Program-made: the position numbers and the translations under genes
Notes under the pieces: model-generated
The model's database searches: none
What the model saw: the letters and a program-made list of their open reading frames with translations, nothing else
What the model was told of the DNA's origin: nothing
Shown here: one piece after another, positions 48,441 to 57,817 of the stretch
Position numbering within the stretch: position 1 is the first letter of the stretch
Layout of the letters: each line of letters opens with the position of its first letter
Assembly (NCBI GenBank): GCA_964464475.1
Contig: CAYXGG010000002.1
Span: forward strand, 93,455-157,454
Source of the DNA: an uncultured Planctomycetales bacterium
GTDB lineage: Bacteria > Omnitrophota > Gorgyraeia > Zapsychrales > JAHFFX01
Reading direction: 5' to 3'
Length of the DNA: 64,000 nucleotides

Positions 48441-49670
48441 CTAGGCCGTTGCCGCGGTCTCCTGGGTCAGAGACTGCACTTTATGCTTTAACCGCCATTC
48501 TCCATTATGTCGTTCCCACAAATGCGGTCCCATTTCCCGATAAAAATTAATAACCTGCCAGAACTCCTCGTCCGTGATTCCTAAATATTCCAGAAATTCT
48601 TTATAGTATTTTTGCGGAAATTCACCGTCATAGCGATGCACCAACGCGACCCCTTCATCGCGAGTCAAATGACCATCGCGAATTTCATGCGCGGCGTCCG
48701 AAGTGGCGCGCGCGATGCCAAACTTAATGTACGCCAGATAAAAATGAAAACCATCCGTCTTATCATCCAGACTTGCGTACTTAGAGTACGTCCCTTCTGA
48801 ACGGCCGTCATAATTGGCCTGAAAACCGGTGTGATCGACGGCGTAATAGTAATTTTCCTGAGGAACCCATTTTTTGTAAAAAGAAAACCAATGCATGGCG
48901 GGGTTTAAATCCTGCAGATCCTTAGGGCTAGGCGGACGATACAGCTCAAAGTTATTATCCTTCAACTCTTCCGGTTTAAAATAGCCGCATTTAAGACCGT
49001 GCTCCAAGATTTCGTCAATACCTGACCCTTTAAAATAAAAATCTTTCCAATCGGCGATGGGTTCCGCGGGCTTATCCCAGTTCTTCATCGATCCGCCATA
49101 TTCGATCTCACCGCTTTCTCCATAAAAAATCAGCGGAATTTTAAACTTACAGGCGATATGAAATGCATAAGCCTTCTGGCCATACGCGAAAGGTTCCCAC
49201 GCATCCCCCAACAATTCAAACGCCAAGCGCGCGAGTTTGCGATGATAAATGCCGTTAGGAAAACACAACAAATTATCAAACCCATGATCCTTAAACGCCA
49301 GATAATTCGCCCAACCGACTTCCGTATACATAAAGGGCGCCCACGTAATCGTCAAAGGATGCATGCCGTAGCGATATTTCAACTGATGCGCGACATAAGC
49401 GCTGTCCTTCCCGCCGCTACCGGGCACAACGCAATCATAACTGCCATCTTTCGAACGGTATTTATCCAATAATTCAACCAGCATGGCCTCGCGCTTGGTC
49501 CAATCAATGACGTTGTGTTTCATATGGGCATACTGACAGGCACTGCAGACACCGTGCTCATCAAAGGTAATCCGCGGACGCTGATTTGAGACGACGCATT
49601 TACGGCAATACTTGACCTCCTTCGGACGATTAGCTTGCTGACGATCTAGAGTTTTATTGGGAAACAACAT
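48441..49670 (-). CDS. N-acetyl sugar amidotransferase (WbuX/WbpG/PseA family)
   Basis: C..CV....RP.I.FD..GVC.AC, SGGKDS, YGE, Y.SLDD, KFG..RAT. Confidence 0.88.
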   Translation of the reverse strand: MLFPNKTLDRQQANRPKEVKYCRKCVVSNQRPRITFDEHGVCSACQYAHMKHNVIDWTKREAMLVELLDKYRSKDGSYDCVVPGSGGKDSAYVAHQLKYRYGMHPLTITWAPFMYTEVGWANYLAFKDHGFDNLLCFPNGIYHRKLARLAFELLGDAWEPFAYGQKAYAFHIACKFKIPLIFYGESGEIEYGGSMKNWDKPAEPIADWKDFYFKGSGIDEILEHGLKCGYFKPEELKDNNFELYRPPSPKDLQDLNPAMHWFSFYKKWVPQENYYYAVDHTGFQANYDGRSEGTYSKYASLDDKTDGFHFYLAYIKFGIARATSDAAHEIRDGHLTRDEGVALVHRYDGEFPQKYYKEFLEYLGITDEEFWQVINFYREMGPHLWERHNGEWRLKHKVQSLTQETAATA

Positions 49671-49680
49671 AATGAACCTC

Positions 49681-50325
49681 CTAAACTGAATGGATAAAAT
49701 TTTTCAAAATGGTCATGCCCACATCCGCGCTCACTTCCGGATGAAACTGACATCCCGTTAAATTCTCTTTTTTCACCACCGAACAAAAGCGATTGATACC
49801 GTAATCCGTCTCGGCCACAATATGACTTCTCTCCTGGGGCTGGACCATAAAGGAATGCACGAAATAGACACAGGATTCCACAGGCACATCGCGTAAAACG
49901 GACTCCTTCCAAATAGCAGCATTCTCTGCAAGTCGTAAACGATTCCAACCCACGTGCGGAATTTTATGAACCGTACCCCCATTAGCATTCTGCAAGCGGC
50001 GCACATGCCCGGGGATCAAATCCAATCCCTCATGCAAGCCAAACTCTTCGCTATCCGACAATAATAACTGCATTCCCAAACATATGCCCAAAAGAGGCTT
50101 TCCCGTCAAAGCAAACTGCTGAATCGCTTCCACAAAATGTCGCGCTTTTAGATTCACCATGCCGTCGCCAAACGCCCCCACGCCCGGTAAAATGACCCGA
50201 TCAGCCTTAAGAACCGGCTCGGGCTCCTGAGTCACGACCGAACGACCGCCGCAATGAGTGACGACCTTTTCTAAATTAAATAAATTCCCCATCCCATAAT
50301 CGATGATGACGACTTCGGGTTTCAT
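49681..50325 (-). CDS. HisH-like glutamine amidotransferase (WbuY-type)
   Basis: DYGMGN, LPGVGAF, GICLGMQ, PHVGWN, YFVHS, QFHPE. Confidence 0.9.
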   Translation of the reverse strand: MKPEVVIIDYGMGNLFNLEKVVTHCGGRSVVTQEPEPVLKADRVILPGVGAFGDGMVNLKARHFVEAIQQFALTGKPLLGICLGMQLLLSDSEEFGLHEGLDLIPGHVRRLQNANGGTVHKIPHVGWNRLRLAENAAIWKESVLRDVPVESCVYFVHSFMVQPQERSHIVAETDYGINRFCSVVKKENLTGCQFHPEVSADVGMTILKNFIHSV

Positions 50326-51209
50326 AGCGCGATCTGGTGGGCAACGTTGCCCGTCATTCTACAGGCAATACCGGCGGATGACAATTGTTCCTTCACTTGA
50401 ATCACGCTGGAAGCCTGAATTCTGTTTTTCATAAAATCAATCGTGTCCCGACTACGCTTTAAAAACTCGACATTGCCTTCTGCTTGAAATTTATCCGCGT
50501 TCGCCAGTGCTGCTAAACGGTGATAATGAAAAATCGAAGCCGCGCACACCGCGTCCGGACGAGCTTCCAAAACCAATTCGCTAAAATGTTCCGGCTTTCC
50601 CGCGCCCCCACAGGCAATGACCGGCACGGGCACGCTTTGCGCTATTTTCTTAATCAACGCCAGATCAAATCCCCGTCCCGTACCTTCTTTGTCAACGCTA
50701 GTGATCAACAGTTCTCCTGCGCCTAAATCCACTGCTTCTCGAGCCCAATCCCAAACATCCTTCCCACTCTTTTCTCTGGAATTATCCGTCATGGCTTCGT
50801 ACCGACCAGGCTCGCGCATTTTTGCCTGAATAGAAATAACGATGCACTGCGAACCAAAGACCCGGGCCGCTTCTTTAATAAATCCCGGGTTACGAATGGC
50901 CGCCGTGTTAATGGCGACTTTATCCGCCCCAGCGCGCAATAAATGCCGGATATCATCGATCGACCGAATCCCCCCACCTGCTGTCAGCGGAATAAAGTTG
51001 TCTGCGGCAGCGCGTCTCACAATATCCAATAAATTCTGTCGACCATAGAGGCTGGCCACGCTATCGATATAAATTAATTCATCAGCGCCGTCCTGATAAT
51101 ATTTGGAAGCAAAATCTTCCGGCTTACCTAGGACGCGGAGGCCTTCAAAATGCACGCCCTTGACCAAATTGGGCCCCTTTATATCTAATCGCACAATGAC
51201 GCGGATCAT
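50322..51209 (-). CDS. HisF-like protein (WbuZ-type)
   Basis: RLDIK...LVKG, GADEL, GGGIR, GADKV.INTAA, GE...TS.D.EGT..G.D. Confidence 0.9.
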   Translation of the reverse strand: MIRVIVRLDIKGPNLVKGVHFEGLRVLGKPEDFASKYYQDGADELIYIDSVASLYGRQNLLDIVRRAAADNFIPLTAGGGIRSIDDIRHLLRAGADKVAINTAAIRNPGFIKEAARVFGSQCIVISIQAKMREPGRYEAMTDNSREKSGKDVWDWAREAVDLGAGELLITSVDKEGTGRGFDLALIKKIAQSVPVPVIACGGAGKPEHFSELVLEARPDAVCAASIFHYHRLAALANADKFQAEGNVEFLKRSRDTIDFMKNRIQASSVIQVKEQLSSAGIACRMTGNVAHQIAL

Positions 51210-51318
51210 AAAATAGTTCTCGTAGAAATTCCTAGATTCTCAGCAAGTATCATCATTATTTAAGTTGCTTTGAATAAAGAACCTTTCGTACTTCGGTAAC
51301 CTAGTCAACATTAACCGT

Positions 51319-51996
51319 TTAGTTATGCGCTGATTCTTCATCCACTTTTACCGCCGGAACCCCCACCGCCGTGACGTGGCCGGCCAAGTGCTTTACCACC
51401 ACCGCTCCCGCTCCGACCAGCGTTTTTTCCCCAATGGTAATCCCTTGAATGACCGTGGCTCCGGTTCCAATATGCGATCCCGCGCCCACAGTGACATTCC
51501 CGGATAGCGTCACTCCCGGCGCGATATGCGTGTGCGCGCCAATCACGCAATCATGATCAATGGTCGCGCGCGTATTAATAATCACGTTTTCACCAATCTG
51601 AGCCCCGGGATTGATGACGGCCCCGGCCATGACCTGCGCGCCCATCGCTAATTTTGCCGATCGCGAAATGATGGCCTGCGGATGAATGACCGACAAAAAT
51701 TCAAAACCACGCTCTACGTACGTGTCAAAGATCTGCTGACGCTGTTGAGGTAATCGAACCGATCCGATCCCATTAACTAAAATTACTTTCCGGGAAGAAT
51801 ACTTCTGTAAAGAATCATCCGTTCCCAAATATTTCAACCCAAGGTCTTCATTAGGTTTTAAATCGGTGTATCCGAGAATTTCACATTCTGGCGTTAGGTC
51901 TAAAATATCTTTTAATACCCGCGCGTGCCCACCACCTCCCAAGAGGATGACTGAGCGCGCGACCGCTGGCGATTTCTGTTTAGCCAATTTTTTCAT
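51319..51996 (-). CDS. NeuD/PglD/LegH-family sugar acetyltransferase
   Basis: GGGGHA, IHP, INT...DHDC, hexapeptide repeats, GVPA. Confidence 0.9.
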   Translation of the reverse strand: MKKLAKQKSPAVARSVILLGGGGHARVLKDILDLTPECEILGYTDLKPNEDLGLKYLGTDDSLQKYSSRKVILVNGIGSVRLPQQRQQIFDTYVERGFEFLSVIHPQAIISRSAKLAMGAQVMAGAVINPGAQIGENVIINTRATIDHDCVIGAHTHIAPGVTLSGNVTVGAGSHIGTGATVIQGITIGEKTLVGAGAVVVKHLAGHVTAVGVPAVKVDEESAHN

Positions 51997-53137
51997 AGAA
52001 TTTTTTTGCCAACAATTGTTTTAAGTCCACGTTTGCTAGCTTTTGAACAATGCGTCGCGCGGCGTGTCCATCCCCATAAGGATTAGTCATCGCACGCAAA
52101 GATTGCTTAAATCGAGCGGATAGCGCCTGCTTAATGCCCCGTTCAATAGCTACGGCGGTCGGCAACACATCAATCACGTTGCGTCCCCGCAGTCGACCGG
52201 CCTGACGATTACCTACATTGACCACCGGCAACTTAAAACTCGCCGCCTCGATGATTCCGCTCGATGAATTTCCCACCATCGCCGCGGCCTGAGCGAGCAG
52301 ACTAACATACCCACGCTGACCGAAACTGGCCACAAAAGTCGCGTTGGAATTCAATTTGACAAAGCGAAGGAGATGTTTTTTTATTTGAATCCCCGCCGGG
52401 TCGGCATTAGGCGCCGTAAAAACCAGCGAACATTCCCGAAAACGAGACAGCGCGGCAAGTAAATTCCGGATATAACCATCAGTTTTGGATAACTCTAACG
52501 TCACGGGATGAAACGTAACGACCACTAAAGGTCGGTCCGTGTTAAATCCCCATTGCCGACCTAGTTCATCTCGGCTCATCCGCGGTAATAACCGTAAATT
52601 ATCCAAACCCGGCGCGCCGCTAACCGAAACGCGCCAAGGCTCCTCGCCCATTAAATAAAGTCGTCGAGCGAATTCTGGGGTCGCGGGAAAATGCAAATGA
52701 CTTAATTTAGTCAACGAATGTCGAAACAATTCATCAATCGCTCCATAAGTCGTTTCTCCCCCATGTAAATGCGCCAAAGGAATATTAAACGGCACCGCCG
52801 CCAGCGCCGCCGCGTGCATTTCGTAGCGATCCCCGAGTACCAGTACAATATCCGGCCGTGTCTTCTTAAAAACCTGCGCGAAACCACGCGTCACTTCCCC
52901 CATCGTCCCGGCTATCCCCGCCGCCGAATCATCAGCCAGCGACACCTTGACTTGAGCACGAATCGGAAAGCCATCCCGCTTAATAAATTTAATGGTCTGT
53001 CCATGCGCAGCGGACAAATGCGAACCGGTGACATACAGCTGTAACGTTAAGTCCGAATGACGCATGATTTCAGCGAGGACCGGAAAATAAATCCCATAAT
53101 CCGCGCGGCTCGTTGTGATGACACCGATGGTTCTCAC
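51980..53137 (-). CDS. neuC: Hydrolysing NDP-sugar 2-epimerase (NeuC/LegG)
   Basis: T.SRADYG, TGSHL, LGDRYE, HLHGGE, DE..RH..TK, TFHPVT, GNSSSG..EA, NPYGDG. Confidence 0.9.
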   Translation of the reverse strand: MRTIGVITTSRADYGIYFPVLAEIMRHSDLTLQLYVTGSHLSAAHGQTIKFIKRDGFPIRAQVKVSLADDSAAGIAGTMGEVTRGFAQVFKKTRPDIVLVLGDRYEMHAAALAAVPFNIPLAHLHGGETTYGAIDELFRHSLTKLSHLHFPATPEFARRLYLMGEEPWRVSVSGAPGLDNLRLLPRMSRDELGRQWGFNTDRPLVVVTFHPVTLELSKTDGYIRNLLAALSRFRECSLVFTAPNADPAGIQIKKHLLRFVKLNSNATFVASFGQRGYVSLLAQAAAMVGNSSSGIIEAASFKLPVVNVGNRQAGRLRGRNVIDVLPTAVAIERGIKQALSARFKQSLRAMTNPYGDGHAARRIVQKLANVDLKQLLAKKFYEKIG

Positions 53138-54177
53138 GTAAACATCTCCAAAGATAATAATTTGTCTTTACCAATGTTGACCTTGGCGGTTTTCCCTAAT
53201 AAAGAAGAGCGCATCACCGGCGGTAGCCCGGTTCCGGGACGCTTCACCGCGATCATCGCCTCAGTCACCACCGTTCCGGCTTTAATGTCCACGGCCGCCA
53301 CCAAACTTTTACGTACCAATGCCGCAGTATGAATCTCCGTTTCCGTCGGCTTTCGTTCTCCAACGCCCAGCGCGACCTGCACATTACGAATCCCCCGGAC
53401 CAACTCTTTTAATTGTTTGGGATCCAATGAAATCTTGTGATCTGGTCCTTCTTCATCGGTGTTCAAGGTAAAATGTTTTTCAATCACGCAAGCCCCCAGC
53501 GCCACCGCCGCCAACGGCACTTCCAACCCCAAGGTATGATCAGAAAATCCAACCGGCACATGAAATTTCTGGGCAAGCGTGCGCATAAACGACAAGTGCA
53601 CGTCTTCGGGACTTGTCGGATAATCACTCACACAGTGAAGCAAGACCAAGTCCTTATTTCCCGTGGCGCGAATTGATTTGACCGCGAGTTCAATCTCATC
53701 CATCAAGGCCATGCCGGTTGACACAATCATGGGCTTTCCCTTTTTCGCAACATGAATTAAAAAGGGAATGTTGGTGATTTCGCCGGAAGGAATTTTAAAA
53801 ACTTTCAATCCCAGTTTATTCAAGAAATCCGCGCTTTTGATATCAAACGGCGTTGATAAAAAATTAATCTTCTTATCTAAACAATATTCATAAAGTTCAA
53901 ATTGATCGGCCGCCGACAGTTCCAGTTTCTTGAGCATCGACAACTGCGATCCACCCGATTTGGTGTTTTTCTTTTGATACGCCGCTTTGGGCGCCTCATC
54001 GGTAACCAGTTCTTCAGCGTGAAAACTCTGAAATTTGATCGCGTCCGCGCCAGCTTCCGCGGCCACATCGACCATCTTCTTGGCAATTTTTAACTCGCCG
54101 TTGTGGTTAACCCCCGCCTCGGCAATGACAAAACAATGTTCAGGATCAATGACTTTCTGCCAGACCGGTTTTACCAT
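53134..54177 (-). CDS. neuB: Nonulosonic acid synthase (NeuB/LegI) with an antifreeze-like domain
   Basis: IAEAGVNHNG, KFQ, STPFD, KIPSGEITN, STGM, HC.S.YP, GFSDHT, IEKHFT, GPDH, KRPGTG. Confidence 0.93.
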   Translation of the reverse strand: MVKPVWQKVIDPEHCFVIAEAGVNHNGELKIAKKMVDVAAEAGADAIKFQSFHAEELVTDEAPKAAYQKKNTKSGGSQLSMLKKLELSAADQFELYEYCLDKKINFLSTPFDIKSADFLNKLGLKVFKIPSGEITNIPFLIHVAKKGKPMIVSTGMALMDEIELAVKSIRATGNKDLVLLHCVSDYPTSPEDVHLSFMRTLAQKFHVPVGFSDHTLGLEVPLAAVALGACVIEKHFTLNTDEEGPDHKISLDPKQLKELVRGIRNVQVALGVGERKPTETEIHTAALVRKSLVAAVDIKAGTVVTEAMIAVKRPGTGLPPVMRSSLLGKTAKVNIGKDKLLSLEMFT

Positions 54178-54974
54178 GCCGTCCAACCTCCATCCACGAC
54201 GAGATTATGCCCCGTCACGTACGCGGACAAATCGCTCGCCAAATAGACAATCGCGCCTTTTAAATCTTCTTCCGTGGCCATCCGGCGTAACGGGGTACGG
54301 GCGACGTATTTCTTCAAAAAACTTTTAGGCTGATTACGAAAAACGCCACCCACGGAAATCATGTTGGCGCGCACCTGCGGAGCCAATGCCGTCGATAACC
54401 AACGCGTGAATTGCAATAGTCCACCTTTGCTGGCCGCGTAGGCGGCGGGATTGCCCAAGCCAGTTCCCGCGTATAAACTTAAATCCGGTCCCACCATTCC
54501 GTAAATTGAACCGATGTTAATGATCGCGCCGTGACCGGATTTCTTAAGCAAAGGCTCACACGCTTGGATCAAAGAAAACGTCGCCGTCAGATTAACTTCC
54601 AGTGCCTGGCGCCAGGTATGTACATCCTGTTTGGCAAACGGCACGGCCCACCCTTTAAGTTGGGACGTACCCACCAAGGCAGCGCAATTAATGAGCACAT
54701 CCAATCGACCCAACATTTTGCTGACGATATTAGGAACGAGTTGGCTCGCGCCATCCTGAGCCAAATCCAGGACTAAAGGGAGTACTTTGACTTTAAATCG
54801 CTGTTGCAACGCACGTGCGGTTTTCTCGCAACCGGACCGGTTTAAATCTAACAATACTAAATTCGCACCCTGTTCGGCCAGTGCTTGGGCCAACACACAC
54901 CCGATGTGCCCTGCCCCGCCGGTGATCAGCGCCACGCGATTTCTTAAATTGCTTAATTCCTTAACGGTCTTCAT
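54171..54974 (-). CDS. SDR oxidoreductase of the PtmA-like type found in Leg clusters
   Basis: TGGAGHIG, GSIYG.VGPD..LY, NPAAYAASKGG, VDGG.TAW. Confidence 0.8.
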   Translation of the reverse strand: MKTVKELSNLRNRVALITGGAGHIGCVLAQALAEQGANLVLLDLNRSGCEKTARALQQRFKVKVLPLVLDLAQDGASQLVPNIVSKMLGRLDVLINCAALVGTSQLKGWAVPFAKQDVHTWRQALEVNLTATFSLIQACEPLLKKSGHGAIINIGSIYGMVGPDLSLYAGTGLGNPAAYAASKGGLLQFTRWLSTALAPQVRANMISVGGVFRNQPKSFLKKYVARTPLRRMATEEDLKGAIVYLASDLSAYVTGHNLVVDGGWTAW

Positions 54975-55672
54975 GTTGTCCCTCGCTTCATCAAAAATTC
55001 CGCCAGTTTAAAATCAAACAACGTGTCAATATCCAAGGCCCGCTCAACCGGAACTTCAACCGCCTTCACCCGACCCGACAAAATAGAAGTTGTTGTCATG
55101 ACATAATCTCGACGCGCGGCATAGGCGACGGTGGTCACATCGTAGACTTTGGGCGCGGCCTGACGTTGAAAAAATTTCTTTTGAGAAATCACCACGGCCG
55201 CGTTCGCGGCTTTATCAACGGTCACCATATTAAAATACGGACTGCGCTGCGCGGGAGTCACCGTAATCACGGCGTCCGCATCAGTTGCCAATAGCTTATC
55301 CAAACAGCGCTGAATATCTTCCGGTTTCCTCAAAGGCGACGTCGTAGGAATCGTTACGATGACATCGACTCGCCGCCCCAACTGGGCTTCTACCGATCGG
55401 ATCGCGTGTTGCCAGGCTAGCAACTCCGGCGCCCGGTCCGTGGCTAACTCAGCCGGGCGCCGAAAAGGAACCTCAGCGCCAAACTGTTTTGCGACCCGCG
55501 CGATCTGAGCATCATCCGTAGACACAATCAAGCGATTGAGCCCTTTGACGCGCCGCGCCTGCTCAATCGCATAAGCAATGAGCGGTTGGCCGTTCAGCAG
55601 CTTGATATTTTTGCGAGGAACGCCTTTAGATCCCCCGCGGGCAAAAATAGCACCGAGCACAAATGGTTTCAT
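54971..55672 (-). CDS. neuA: CMP-nonulosonate synthetase (NeuA/LegF/PtmB)
   Basis: ARGGSKGVPRKN, STDD, F.RP.ELA.D, TSPLR, RQ, DIDT..D. Confidence 0.9.
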   Translation of the reverse strand: MKPFVLGAIFARGGSKGVPRKNIKLLNGQPLIAYAIEQARRVKGLNRLIVSTDDAQIARVAKQFGAEVPFRRPAELATDRAPELLAWQHAIRSVEAQLGRRVDVIVTIPTTSPLRKPEDIQRCLDKLLATDADAVITVTPAQRSPYFNMVTVDKAANAAVVISQKKFFQRQAAPKVYDVTTVAYAARRDYVMTTTSILSGRVKAVEVPVERALDIDTLFDFKLAEFLMKRGTT

Positions 55673-55686
55673 AGAATAACTTTCTG

Positions 55687-55757
55687 CAGGACGAACGACG
55701 CTAGACGAGGGACGACTATTCTTCTGGTCCTGACACCCTTCTCTCTCATTCCTCGCA
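55687..55757. repeat. Degenerate 7-nt-periodic inverted repeat
   Basis: GACG at 55690/55697/55704/55711; complementary-type heptads CCTTCTC-TCTCATT-CCTCGCA; CAGGAC/GTCCTG stem. Confidence 0.55.
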
Positions 55758-55766
55758 ACATTCGGA

Positions 55767-56768
55767 TCATACCTTCACCGTTTTCCCCAGCTTCGCCGAT
55801 TCCTTAGCCGCGAGAGCAAGCTTTAGCACGCGCTGTCCGTCTTCTCCGGTGACCAACGGCTTTTGTCGCTTCTTGACACACGTAAAAAAATGCCGCAGTT
55901 CGTCAATAAACATCTGGTTATAATCGAGCGAAGGGACTGGCAATAGATTAATCCACTCTTTCTTGCCTGGATCAAAAAATCCAGTGTACGGCTGCGGACT
56001 CGAGTCCCAAACCAGCGTGCCTTCTGAGCCGATGACTCGACACGAACGATTCTGCGCCCGATCCACCATATCCAAATGAATATTACCTACGGCGTTATTT
56101 TTAAACTTAACGGTGATTTCCGCGAGATCTTCGACCTGGATCGGAAAATCACTCACTTTATGGACCACCGCGCTGACCTCTTTGATTTCACCGGCCAACC
56201 AACGGATATAATCTAACTCATGACTTAATTCAAAAACCACACCCCCGCCGAGATTCTTGCGCGCGCTGACATTGGTACGATAATCCGTTCCCGGTCGCCA
56301 TTCGGGAAGATAGCGACCGACAGTAGCCCGGATAGCCAGCACGCGACCAATACGCCCTTGGTCAATCAGACCTTTAAATAATTTTAAAGGTTCAAAAAAT
56401 CTTAGAACATATCCGACCATGAGGACCGTCCCCAACTTCCGGCATTCTTTAATGACCGGATCAATCTCCTCGACTTTCATCGCCATCGGTTTCTCAATAA
56501 ATAAATGACAACCCAGCTGCGCGAACGTTTTGGCCGTGGGCATATGCAGATTAGCCGGATTGCAAACGAAGACCGCGTCAGGACGCCAATTAATAGCGTC
56601 GATCGTACGCACAAAAACTTCAGACACTAAGGATTGATATTCTCCAATCTCCGTTTCTTTCGACTGTTGGCGCAAAACCGACACGGAAAATGACGGATCA
56701 ATGGCTTGCAAATTCTTTAAATGCCGTTTGCCGATGCTGCCAAACCCCACAATCAATACTTTCATCAC
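55767..56768 (-). CDS. Gfo/Idh/MocA oxidoreductase (PtmF-like)
   Basis: GFGSIG.RH, IEKP, YLP.WRP..DYR..VSA...LGGGV..ELSHE.D. Confidence 0.88.
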   Translation of the reverse strand: MMKVLIVGFGSIGKRHLKNLQAIDPSFSVSVLRQQSKETEIGEYQSLVSEVFVRTIDAINWRPDAVFVCNPANLHMPTAKTFAQLGCHLFIEKPMAMKVEEIDPVIKECRKLGTVLMVGYVLRFFEPLKLFKGLIDQGRIGRVLAIRATVGRYLPEWRPGTDYRTNVSARKNLGGGVVFELSHELDYIRWLAGEIKEVSAVVHKVSDFPIQVEDLAEITVKFKNNAVGNIHLDMVDRAQNRSCRVIGSEGTLVWDSSPQPYTGFFDPGKKEWINLLPVPSLDYNQMFIDELRHFFTCVKKRQKPLVTGEDGQRVLKLALAAKESAKLGKTVKV

Positions 56769-57736
56769 GCCCTCGCTACGGCTTGCATCTCGTCCGTCAA
56801 ACGCTCCGCGAGCTGCATCGTTTTTAAAGAACCTTCCAAATCCTGATCCGGCCAGCGTGTTTTGCCCGAAAGAACCATATCGCGCAAGGCCTCCATTTGC
56901 CGGTAAAAACCGGCTTTATACGTGACATCCTGTGGTTCCGGAACCAGCTCATGAGTTTGATAATCGCTGTCTACCCACCAGCCTTTTTCTAACGGTTTAA
57001 ACTCAACCGTTACGCCTTGACCATAAAGCACAACCCGCCATCCACCCGGTGAATACCAATGCGAAATGTACTGTCCGATGCCGCCCCGCTCTAATTCCAT
57101 GATCGCCCCAAACTGATCTCCTCGTTTTTCTAACAGCGAATGGCAAATAGTTTTAAGTTGCGATGGCTCTCCGCCAAAGAAACGCAATAAATCAATGGTG
57201 TGAATGCTGTTAGCGTACAGCCATTCATCCAACGCCAAAGGAGAGAACCGATTCATCGCTCGCACCTGCGGCATGCGTTCATGGCCTTCCACCAAGACCC
57301 CTAAAAGCCGACCGTGACGCTTCACCACCTCTAAGCCCTGATGAAAAATCGAATAATACCGACGATTAAACCCGACGAGTGTTGGTAATTTCTTAGCTTG
57401 GGCCAACTCGACCAGGGCTTTGTTTTCAGCAACGGAAATACCGGCCGGTTTCTCCACAAATAGCGGCAGCCCGAAGGCCAACGCTGCTTTCGTCACCGCA
57501 AACATCTGATCAATGGAAACCATCACCATTAAGGCGTCAGGCTTCGCGACACGCACCATCGTTTCGAGATTGTCTTCGCATACCGGAATACCATACTCTC
57601 CGGCCAACTCCTTAGCCTGTGGCAAAGAACGCGACATCAACCCCACCGCAGTCAAACCTTCAACGCCCTTAATCGCGTCCAAATGCAAGCGCGCGATACT
57701 TCCCGCGCCAATCAATCCAAGCCGTACTGTTTTCAT
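56765..57736 (-). CDS. Gfo/Idh/MocA oxidoreductase
   Basis: IGAGSIA..H, VEKP, GFNRRY, NSIH.ID. Confidence 0.88.
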   Translation of the reverse strand: MKTVRLGLIGAGSIARLHLDAIKGVEGLTAVGLMSRSLPQAKELAGEYGIPVCEDNLETMVRVAKPDALMVMVSIDQMFAVTKAALAFGLPLFVEKPAGISVAENKALVELAQAKKLPTLVGFNRRYYSIFHQGLEVVKRHGRLLGVLVEGHERMPQVRAMNRFSPLALDEWLYANSIHTIDLLRFFGGEPSQLKTICHSLLEKRGDQFGAIMELERGGIGQYISHWYSPGGWRVVLYGQGVTVEFKPLEKGWWVDSDYQTHELVPEPQDVTYKAGFYRQMEALRDMVLSGKTRWPDQDLEGSLKTMQLAERLTDEMQAVARA

Positions 57737-57817
57737 TGATCTCCCCGCCGAGGATGACGAAACAACGCAATGCTACCGTCTGCTTTCATCCCGCGGCTTT
57801 CCTCATTGTCTCAATTA

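Noticed and set aside
49681-51209. hisH/hisF as histidine biosynthesis genes
   Set aside because: They are adjacent to an N-acetyl sugar amidotransferase with no other his genes; the WbuY/WbuZ role fits better.
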